Assembly (NCBI RefSeq): GCF_000014265.1
Contig: NC_008312.1
Span: forward strand, 4,950,001-4,982,000
Source: Trichodesmium erythraeum IMS101
GTDB lineage: Bacteria; Cyanobacteriota; Cyanobacteriia; Cyanobacteriales; Microcoleaceae
Direction: 5' to 3'
Length of the DNA stretch: 32,000 nucleotides
Part shown: in pieces, positions 1-8,127 of the stretch
Layout of the letters: every line of letters begins with the position of its first letter
How positions within the stretch are numbered: position 1 is the stretch's first letter
Position numbers and translations under genes: made by a program
The notes under the pieces: generated by a model
The model's database searches: none
Told to the model about the DNA's origin: nothing
What the model saw: the letters and a program-made list of their open reading frames with translations, nothing else

Positions 1-395
1 AGAGCAATAAGTGATGCTAATTTGGGAGAATGAGTCAGACAATTAAAATACAAAGCTGAATGGTATCGTCGTACATTAATAAAAATTGACAGATATTTTC
101 TTAGTTCCGTCGCGTTGCTCTAACTGTAGTTATGTAGTAGAAAAATTACCTTTAAATATTAGAGAATGAGATTATTCTGAATGCGCTAGTCACCATGACA
201 GGCAGATAAACTGCCATTTTCAACATTTTGGCTACCCGGCAGGCAGTGTTAGTCTGGGCCGCCGTCTTTATCCCTGAAGACAGTAAATTTCGGAGGGCAA
301 GCGCTATGAAGCAGAAAGTCCCTAACAACAATGCTAGGACATCCCGCCCTGCCTTGAGTATAGAAGTGTCTGGAGGATGTCAACAGAAGAAGTAA
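1..395 (+). pseudogene. tnpB: 3' remnant of an IS200/IS605-family tnpB (OrfB/TnpB RNA-guided nuclease) gene. It is cut by the window edge and disrupted by stops and frameshifts.
   Basis: Reading across three frames gives ISDANLGE*VRQLKYKAEWYRRTLIKIDRYFLSS, then CSNCSYVVEKLPLNIRE*DYSECASHHDRQIN, then AVLVWAAVFIPEDSKFRRASAMKQKVPN. This matches the recalled TnpB C-terminus, with a YKAEW block, a CxxC...CxxHDRD zinc finger/RuvC-III region and an AMKQ tail. There is an in-frame TGA at 31-33, a TGA replacing the conserved Trp of RE-W, and at least two frameshifts. Confidence 0.75.
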
Positions 396-1720
396 CTATT
401 AATTATTGTAGACTTTCCATGACCAGGCTAGCCCTTGATAAGAGTTCTAAGGGGGAAATGACAGGATGGAAATAACAATAATATAGGGCTATTGATTTTT
501 TCGAGGTATTGTGACCTCCAGGATATTCTTCAACTCTGCTAATTATCGAGTCTCTTTCTCTAATGAGGGTGGAGCTTCCTGGGAATTTGGGATCGATGAA
601 TTATTCTACTTGCAAAAATTGTCTGAGGTGTTAGCGGAGGATGGTGGCGGTAGCAACATTGCCTATTTTAGGTTTTGCTCTTTTACTGGTATAGCCCTAC
701 TGTTCCTCTAAAATGTTTGTTAGGCAGCTCATTGGTAGTTTACGATTTTTCCATCCAGGTTGCTCTGGTTCAGCCATAAAAATTATCTATGTTTCCCCCA
801 TGTTTAATTTTTCTCCATGAAAGTTGTTTATTGGTCTTCAAAAATACAATTGACTTTGAGTATTTTGTTTTTTGTTGCTTCTATTCTAATTAGTTTCCAC
901 TGGTTCAAGAAAGCATTTTTTTGAAATTGTTATTTATTAGTAACAGAGTGACTATTTTCTGCTTTTTTAGTGATGTAGAAAAATAATTTTTGACGGTAAA
1001 TTTGCCGTAAGTTTATATTATAAATAATTTTCAGTTTGTAGTCAATTATATTTAGTATTTCTTAGGTTGATGACCATTGCTTGTTCCCTATTCCTGAAAT
1101 AAGAAAGTTTTTTTTAGCTAAGATGAAAGGGATTTTTTTCGGCATAGTTAATTTTTTGAGTAGATTTATATTTAAGTTTTTATGGGTAATAAGGGTATGA
1201 TTGCTGGGGAATTAGTTTATTTGTTATTAGAGACCTCTCATTTTTTTTGAAGTATGTGTAATTTATGAGGGAAGTATTTTTAATGACATTTCTGAATAAA
1301 TAGAAGATGAAATATAGCAATATTTGGCTAGTTTAAATGGTTTTATTAAGTAATGAAAGTTTTTTATAAGGTGGGTTTAATCATTAGTTTAGAAAAAATA
1401 GATAAACTTAGTTTACTTAAGAAAATAGGTGGCGCGATCGCTCTTGATGAATTGTATAAATAAACTGGTTTTTCTTAATTTTAATATCTGGCTTTATTGT
1501 TTTTTAATGTGGTAAAATTAATGGTAAAAAAAATGTTTAAAAAAAAGTGTTTGCTAATAGTATTACTGATGTGGAGGGCATTGTTATTAGTACCGAAGTT
1601 ATTAATGAAGTTGGTTCCATTCTGAAGCGAAATGTGTTTCAATAGACTTGAAGATTAGTTGGTTATATAGTATTAAGGGTAAGTTTAAGATGTTTAAGGT
1701 GGATTTCTGGTGGGGTTGCT

Positions 1721-3925
1721 ATGGGTAATGAGGTTATGAGTGCTGGACAATTGTTGAAGCAGGCTAATCAGTTGAAGAGGGCTGGGAGGTTGGATGAGGC
1801 GATCGCTCTTTATTATCAGGTGATTGAAATTAATCCTAATTTTGCTTGGGCATATAATAATTTAGGAGATGCTTTAGTTAAACAGGGTAATTTAGACGAG
1901 GCTGTTGCTTACTACTTTGAAAGCTTAAAACTGAATCCAAATTCAGCTTGGTTACTTTATGGCTTAGGGGAAGCTTTAGCCAAACAGGGAAATTTAGAAG
2001 CTGCTATTGAATACCTGCAAAAAGCTATTAAAACTAAACCTGATTTTTATAAATTTTACAGTTGTTTGGGATTTATTTTAGCTGCTAACAATAATTTGAA
2101 CGAGGCTGTTGTTAATATTTATAAGTCACTTAGATTAAATAAAAATTGTTGGTGGAGTCATTACTTTTTATCACAATTATTAATAGAAAAAGGAGATTTG
2201 CATGAAGCATTTTACAACTATGCTAAAGCCATTGAACTTAATCCTATAGCTGAAAAAAAATCATTGATTCATAAAAATAAAAGTAGTTTTATTTCATTAT
2301 TAGAAAAAACAGATGTTAAGATAAGCTTATTAGAAGAAATCAAAAACTTAAAAATCCACAAAATACTACTGACCACCCATAATTTCAAAATCTACTCCGG
2401 CTCTGAGTTGGTGACGTTGTATTTAGCTCAAGTCTTTGCTGATATAGGTTTAGATGTAACAATTGTCTCTTTCGTGACAGGAGAACCTATGATTTCTACA
2501 GCTGCTTCAAACAATATAGAAATCATTAATGTTATCCAGAATCCCATGAAAATAAAGCAAAGAAAGTTTGATTTAGCATGGTGTCACCACTTTCCTGTTA
2601 TTGACTATTGTGTAAATGATTTGGAAGTAAATGCTAAATTTATGGTTTATAGCAGTCTCTCAGCTTACGAACCTCTCGAAAAAATGACTTACTTAGAAAC
2701 ATCAGATGTAGTTCTTTTCAATTCTAAAGAAAATCAACACATTCAAGCTTATAGTCTTGATGAAAAGTATCAGCAAAAGATATTCGTTTTCAATAATTCA
2801 CTACCAGAAAACTGGTTTTTAAGCCTAAAACAGTCTGTACCTGGCAATAAAGGAAAGCATTTGCTACCTAAAAACATAGCAGTGATATCTAATCATATTC
2901 CACCCGAAATTAAAAAGCTACCTGACTTACTTAATGATTGTAACATAAAAGTTAAGTTCATAGGATTAGAAACTAAACAGGAGCTAGTTACACCAAAGTT
3001 AATAGATACTTATGATGCAGTGATTACAATAGGTCATACAGTTCAAAAAGCTATGAGTAGAAAAATACCCGTTTACTGCTATGATAGATTTGGCGGACCT
3101 GGCTGGATTACGAAGGGTAACTTAATTGATGCTGAATACTTTAACTTTTCTGGTAGATGCTGCAATAGAAAGCTAAATACTGAAAGTATAAAGGATGAAA
3201 TTATTCAAGGGTATAAAACAGCTATTGAAAGCTTAAACTATCTTTTCTATTACTCTGAATTTCTGTATTCAACAGAAGCAAATGTATTAGCTGTACTTCA
3301 AAAACTCAAATTATCAGATACTACTTTTGTAGAAAAACTAAACTATCACTCCTTAGAAAGCTACCAAATTAGAAAAACAAGTCAGTTGTACATAAATACT
3401 AAATTTCATGTTGGAAGTAAAATATCAATAGTTTACCTTAAGGATGGGTTGAAGAAATTCGATAGTTCAGGCTCTCAAATAAACCTGAAAACGAATGATA
3501 ATGCCAATGTAGAAACGACTAACTACAAACCAAAAGTAGAAGTATTAAGTGTAGCCAAGTTTTTTGAATACGATCCGTCTCTACTATGGGGGTTTAACAT
3601 TGAATATCCAGTAGAGTCAGACATAAAGTATGAATACAAGATTCCTTTATCTGGATGGGTTCTGGGAAAAGCATCTACTATTATTGCTATTGATGTCATA
3701 ATTGACGATACTTTAGTTAAGCAGATTCCCCTCGATCAGCATCGTCCAGATGTTGCTGAAGCATACCCTGACAACCCTTCTGCTACAAATTGTGGATTTA
3801 TGACAGAAGTTAATGTCGATGGAATGCCTGTAGAAGCAGAATTATCGATAGAAGCTGTATTTTCAGATGATAACCGCTTGCCCCTGGGAATTGTCAAATA
3901 CAAGAAAATACTACCATCATCTTAG
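1721..3925 (+). CDS. TPR-repeat protein fused to a divergent GT-B-like (glycosyltransferase-like) core and a C-terminal beta-rich domain with a GW...RPDV...YP motif.
   Basis: The 734-codon ORF has an ATG start. The N-terminal ~170 aa form 34-residue TPR units (LDEAIALYYQVIEINPNFAWAYNNLGDAL; LDEAVAYYFESLKLNPNSAWLLYGLGEAL). The middle has Rossmann-like halves (KILLTTHNFKIYSGSELVTLYLAQVFADIGLDVTIVS; AVITIGHTVQKAMSRKIPVYCYD). The C-terminus reads LSGWVLGK...HRPDVAEAYP...CGF. The catalytic assignment is tentative because no EX7E motif was seen. Confidence 0.8.
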   Translation: MGNEVMSAGQLLKQANQLKRAGRLDEAIALYYQVIEINPNFAWAYNNLGDALVKQGNLDEAVAYYFESLKLNPNSAWLLYGLGEALAKQGNLEAAIEYLQKAIKTKPDFYKFYSCLGFILAANNNLNEAVVNIYKSLRLNKNCWWSHYFLSQLLIEKGDLHEAFYNYAKAIELNPIAEKKSLIHKNKSSFISLLEKTDVKISLLEEIKNLKIHKILLTTHNFKIYSGSELVTLYLAQVFADIGLDVTIVSFVTGEPMISTAASNNIEIINVIQNPMKIKQRKFDLAWCHHFPVIDYCVNDLEVNAKFMVYSSLSAYEPLEKMTYLETSDVVLFNSKENQHIQAYSLDEKYQQKIFVFNNSLPENWFLSLKQSVPGNKGKHLLPKNIAVISNHIPPEIKKLPDLLNDCNIKVKFIGLETKQELVTPKLIDTYDAVITIGHTVQKAMSRKIPVYCYDRFGGPGWITKGNLIDAEYFNFSGRCCNRKLNTESIKDEIIQGYKTAIESLNYLFYYSEFLYSTEANVLAVLQKLKLSDTTFVEKLNYHSLESYQIRKTSQLYINTKFHVGSKISIVYLKDGLKKFDSSGSQINLKTNDNANVETTNYKPKVEVLSVAKFFEYDPSLLWGFNIEYPVESDIKYEYKIPLSGWVLGKASTIIAIDVIIDDTLVKQIPLDQHRPDVAEAYPDNPSATNCGFMTEVNVDGMPVEAELSIEAVFSDDNRLPLGIVKYKKILPSS

Positions 3926-4645
3926 TCATACTAACTTCCTACTTACTAAAACCTCTATATACTCAGCTCTAATACCCAGGAAAGTATTGTCTATGTCAAC
4001 AATTGTGGTATATAAACCGCTATTTTTAAGAATAAAATCGCAAATGTCATAGCCCCAATCCCTGGTTAGTAGAGAACCTTCTGCACTGACTGGATTGCCG
4101 TGATATTGTGCTTCGCATAAATAATTTATTTTACCATTAGCTTCTAACATAGCACGAATGCTGGAAGGATTTTCCTTGTTTACTATTGGTACAGTAAATA
4201 TGTGTGCTCCCCCGGGTTTCAAAGTTCGAGCAATTTCCGAAAAAGCTTTTTCAGGATTAAAAATATGCTCCATCACATCTTGAGAAATAACAAGATCGAA
4301 ACTTTCATCGGCAAATGTTTGATTTTCCAAATCTTCATTTCTCCACCCGTTACTATTAGTTTCACCGAAAGGAAGTCCAGGCAAGTATTGACTTGCGAAA
4401 TATTTGGCGCAGTATTTTTTCAGTTTGACGCTCGCCCCTCTATTTCCCGGTGAAGACTCATGTATAGAAAGTTTTTTCCATTTTGGGTAAAACTTTTCTA
4501 TAACATACATCAATGCTCTTTCTCTAGGAATCGATCCGCAATTGCTACATTTATACCAATCTCTTAACCAAGCTTGTTCAGAAGAAAATACTACTTCTCG
4601 ATCGCAGGTATAGCAATATCCTTGATTTTTGATGACTTCTTTCAC
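3926..4645 (-). CDS. Class I SAM-dependent methyltransferase with an N-terminal Cys4 zinc-ribbon.
   Basis: The 239-codon ORF has a GTG start. It contains CYTCDREV...CSNCGSIP (CxxC...CxxC). The Methyltransf_11-like core reads FDLVISQDVMEHIFNPEKAFSEIARTLKPGGAHIFTVP. It is the last gene of the minus-strand glycan operon. Confidence 0.85.
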   Translation of the reverse strand: MKEVIKNQGYCYTCDREVVFSSEQAWLRDWYKCSNCGSIPRERALMYVIEKFYPKWKKLSIHESSPGNRGASVKLKKYCAKYFASQYLPGLPFGETNSNGWRNEDLENQTFADESFDLVISQDVMEHIFNPEKAFSEIARTLKPGGAHIFTVPIVNKENPSSIRAMLEANGKINYLCEAQYHGNPVSAEGSLLTRDWGYDICDFILKNSGLYTTIVDIDNTFLGIRAEYIEVLVSRKLV

Positions 4646-4706
4646 GTTAGTTTTCTCTAATAATTTTTAACTTAAGATTTTATGCCTAGCTAATTTTTGC
4701 GTTGCC

Positions 4707-5846
4707 TTATTTTTGACTGAAAGAAAGGACGTGTTTTAAATTATTAGCTTTTAGGAAAGACAAGTATCTTTTGTACAAATAGCTATAGGATTTATGAAGT
4801 CGTGAAAAATCAGCTAAATCATATAACTTTTCAATACTAATATCCTCCATTTTTTGAACGTCTTGGACTAAAACATGAGGCATTCCTAGTAGTTCCGACA
4901 ATTCTCTTGTTCTAGAATCATGGGCAATAACTGTAGCTGGTATTCCGTTTTGTAGAGCTATTAAATTTCCGTGAAATCTGGTTCCACAAACAAAGTCATA
5001 TTTTCTTATCTGAGCTTCCCAACTTGGAACATCAAAAAAAACTTTGCTTCTTTGTGCAAAAAAACTCTTTACCTTTTCACCGTTTAAATCTTTGTAATGT
5101 GCAAGTATAGGATAAAAAATAGATTTTTCATCTGTATCCATATCTGCAGGCGATTTTCTAGCGAGAATCGCTTCTTCCCGTTCATCTTGTGCAATAAAAT
5201 CAGAATCATGGTTCATAGCATCCTTTAACAATCCGATTTCTGCTAGTCTCATTTTCTCCGGAGCTGCAGAATGAGCCGTAACTCTACGAGAGCTATTGAT
5301 TGCAATTTTTTTGATGTCTGAAAAGGGTTTTTTCTTGATTATTAACTCTGGAGAGCAACTCAAATAAAATGACGGACATCCTATAACTTCAACATTATAA
5401 ATTCCTAGATAAGCAAGAACTTGAGCTGTATAATAACCTCTAACACCAAGAGAAGTAGACCTTTCTGCTATTATTTTGACGAAACGAATAGTTCCCTCTT
5501 GAAGTTTTATCTTAGTAATGTCATAATTATTTGACTGAGCACCAAGCCCTATCACGACGCATGGCAATTGAATTTTTTCCAAAAAATCAGCCATAAAGCC
5601 CAGATCAAAACCTGTATGTAAGAAATTGGCTGCTGCTATTACTACACAATAACATTCATCTTCTATTTTTTTGGGATCGGAGATTTGCTTCATGGTAACA
5701 CATTCCCCATCCAAGTGTTGGGTAACAGAATAACCTATGAGCAGATTTCCTGTATTTCTGCCACTTCTCTCAATCAAAAACTTGGTAGAATCCTCTGGAG
5801 TTTGAGGAACTACTGGGGGGGCTCCGTAAAGAAATATTTTTTTCAT
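4707..5846 (-). CDS. Polysaccharide pyruvyl transferase family protein (WcaK/CsaB-like).
   Basis: The 379-codon ORF has an ATG start and lies 15 nt downstream of the preceding gene. The C-terminal motif FVCGTRFHGNLIALQNGIPATVIAHDSRTRELSELLGMP matches the recalled PS_pyruv_trans signature (R-x-H ... G-x-P). Its glycosyltransferase neighbourhood fits this call. Confidence 0.75.
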   Translation of the reverse strand: MKKIFLYGAPPVVPQTPEDSTKFLIERSGRNTGNLLIGYSVTQHLDGECVTMKQISDPKKIEDECYCVVIAAANFLHTGFDLGFMADFLEKIQLPCVVIGLGAQSNNYDITKIKLQEGTIRFVKIIAERSTSLGVRGYYTAQVLAYLGIYNVEVIGCPSFYLSCSPELIIKKKPFSDIKKIAINSSRRVTAHSAAPEKMRLAEIGLLKDAMNHDSDFIAQDEREEAILARKSPADMDTDEKSIFYPILAHYKDLNGEKVKSFFAQRSKVFFDVPSWEAQIRKYDFVCGTRFHGNLIALQNGIPATVIAHDSRTRELSELLGMPHVLVQDVQKMEDISIEKLYDLADFSRLHKSYSYLYKRYLSFLKANNLKHVLSFSQK

Positions 5847-5861
5847 TGGTTTAAAGTAGAA

Positions 5862-7973
5862 CTAATTATAAGTCTTTTCAATAAATTCTCTTTGCCACTG
5901 CCAACATCTGCGGATAAAAGACAGAAGAATTTTGTCTTTTTGTTCTTCAGGCAAATTTAACAAACCACAAATATAACTCAAAACTTGCTCTCCCTCGGTC
6001 CATTCTAAAGTACCCGCGCTCTTAACTCTAGCATTAGAGGTATTTTGCCGCCAATAATTTAAACATTCTGACACAAATCCAACATCAGAGCAAGACAAAA
6101 TTTTCATCCATTGTAGCCAATCTCCACACAATCTAAAAGATTTCTCAATAACACCGCCACATTTTTTCAATGCACTTCTACGAATTAAAACCGCACTAGC
6201 ATTAGGAATCGTATTTTTGTAAATCAGAAATCTAACTATCTCATCCCTCCCATCATTAATAAAACTTTGAGACCAGCGCTGACTATCTAAATCATTAGTC
6301 CAACAACTAGCATCTCCAGAAACAACATCTTGACTATCAACTAACCAAGATTGGGAATATGCTAATCCAACTTCTGGATGCTCGTCCATAACAGTTACTA
6401 ACTGCTTCAGAAAATCAGGAGAGGCAAAATCATCAGATTCAGCAATCCAAATATACTCACCACGAGCCAAAGATACCCCTTTTTCCCACTGACGGAAAAC
6501 TGAGCCACTATTAGATTCGTTAGGAACAAAAATAGTATTAGGTTTTTCTTCCTTATAAGAAGCCAAAATGTCTCTACTATTATCGCTAGAGCAGTCATCT
6601 AGTAAAATTACTTCAAAATCAGTATAAGTCTGACTATAAACTGAATCTAAACGTTTACGGAGATAGGGAGCATGATTATAGTTAGGAACTATGACTGAAA
6701 CTCTAGGTACAAAATCCTTAAAAGTTACAGTCGTTTCACTCGACTTATGAACTAAAGATTGAATTAATTGTAATATTTTCGGTGCAGAAACAGTTTCGTT
6801 ATAAAGTTCATTAACCTTTCGATAAGCATTTTCTCCCATTTCTTTCCTAAGACTGGTATTATTGTAAAGTATAGCTATTTTTTCCGCCATTACTTCCAAA
6901 TTTAAGTAAGGAGCAAGTAACCCTGCCTCTGACTCAACAAACTCAGTTGCTCCACCAGAACCATCAAACCCTACCACTGGAAGTTTACAAACCCCTGCTT
7001 CCATCATTACCAAAGGAAAAGGATCTTCCCGAGAAAGAAGTAAGAAAACATCGGCACAACTCATATAATTCAGAGGAGATTTCTGATACCCTGTAAAAAT
7101 AATATTGTTTTCCAACTCAGCCTTTTCGACTGTATATTCAATTTCTAGCTGAGAAAGTTGGCTGTCCCAGTTACCAACCCAGATACAAACAAACTTTTTT
7201 TCTGGGGATAATTTTTTTTTCAAAATAACTAGCAAAGGAACTATTAAATCCCCTCCTTTTCGCCAATCTAAAGTTCCACAACAAGCAATAACAAAAGTAT
7301 CTTCTGAAATACTTAACTCTTTCCTCATTTGTTGGGGAGTTTTTACTTGAGAAATAAGTAGTTTCTCAGAAGGAATAAACCCATGAATAACATCAACTTT
7401 TTTAGGAGAAACAAGACAGTAATTAACTAAACTTTCTTGAACGGCATTAGAACAAGCAATCCAACGAGGATCATACTTCAATAAACGATTAAAGTTATCC
7501 ATACCTAGCCTATTACTAATCCAAAATTTTAATTCGTGAACATGAACAATAATAGGACTAGGAATTTTTCTGATAGAATCTAGCAACGCTCCTAAAACAC
7601 AGGTATTAACATAAATTAAAGAGTAAAAACCAGAGCGAATAGCAGCAATATTTTCAGGAAGTCCACTATTTGAATCAATAAAATGGACTTCGCCACATTT
7701 TTTTACCCGCTCTAAAACAAAGTTTCCTTGCTCTCCATAATTACCAATATCCGAGCGTGAAATATCGATCAGCACTTCTTTAGACATAGTAGGTTCATGT
7801 TGACCTATCCATTCTAAAAGCCTAACTAAAAATAGCTGTGCCCCCGCTGAAGTAATATCATGGAGAATGAATAAAACTGGCTTGACACTTCCCTGTAAGC
7901 TTGGTGTATTTTTTGGTTTTTGGGCTAGTTTTTCATTTACCCATAGTTCCCAATCTTTTAATTCTAAGTTCAT
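5862..7973 (-). CDS. Bifunctional glycosyltransferase with an N-terminal GT-B (GT4-like) domain fused to a C-terminal GT-A (GT2) domain.
   Basis: The 703-codon ORF has an ATG start. The GT4-like part reads DVFLLLSREDPFPLVMMEAGVCKLPVVGFDGSGGATEFVESEAGLL. The GT2 part reads VSVIVPNYNHAPYLRKRLDSVYSQTYTDFEVILLDDCSSDNS followed by IAESDDF (a DxD-type motif). Confidence 0.88.
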   Translation of the reverse strand: MNLELKDWELWVNEKLAQKPKNTPSLQGSVKPVLFILHDITSAGAQLFLVRLLEWIGQHEPTMSKEVLIDISRSDIGNYGEQGNFVLERVKKCGEVHFIDSNSGLPENIAAIRSGFYSLIYVNTCVLGALLDSIRKIPSPIIVHVHELKFWISNRLGMDNFNRLLKYDPRWIACSNAVQESLVNYCLVSPKKVDVIHGFIPSEKLLISQVKTPQQMRKELSISEDTFVIACCGTLDWRKGGDLIVPLLVILKKKLSPEKKFVCIWVGNWDSQLSQLEIEYTVEKAELENNIIFTGYQKSPLNYMSCADVFLLLSREDPFPLVMMEAGVCKLPVVGFDGSGGATEFVESEAGLLAPYLNLEVMAEKIAILYNNTSLRKEMGENAYRKVNELYNETVSAPKILQLIQSLVHKSSETTVTFKDFVPRVSVIVPNYNHAPYLRKRLDSVYSQTYTDFEVILLDDCSSDNSRDILASYKEEKPNTIFVPNESNSGSVFRQWEKGVSLARGEYIWIAESDDFASPDFLKQLVTVMDEHPEVGLAYSQSWLVDSQDVVSGDASCWTNDLDSQRWSQSFINDGRDEIVRFLIYKNTIPNASAVLIRRSALKKCGGVIEKSFRLCGDWLQWMKILSCSDVGFVSECLNYWRQNTSNARVKSAGTLEWTEGEQVLSYICGLLNLPEEQKDKILLSFIRRCWQWQREFIEKTYN

Positions 7974-8127
7974 TAAAATTACCTCACACCCAGAAAATTA
8001 TACGATTGTCAATAATTAATTTTAGAGCAACTAATTTATTTATAACTTCACTCAAGAAGTCAGATAAAAATGTTAGTATAAAGCTGTTTCTTTTCATGGC
8101 TACAACTATTACTTTTTAGTACATAAG

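Noticed and set aside
511-711. A 66-codon ORF (GTG start) downstream of the tnpB relic.
   Set aside because: It has no recognisable motif, no convincing RBS and an odd composition (GGGS run, Phe-rich tail). It lies in what looks like eroded DNA. I cannot support it as a gene.
3867-4453. Plus-strand ORFs 3867-4052 and 4202-4453.
   Set aside because: They are antisense shadows inside or overlapping the well-supported methyltransferase gene, and their products are low-complexity.
5685-8119. ORFs 5685-5960 (+), 6407-6598 (-, alternate frame) and 7901-8119 (+).
   Set aside because: They overlap the pyruvyl transferase and GT4-GT2 genes on the opposite strand or in another frame. Their products are hydrophobic or low-complexity and have no motifs.
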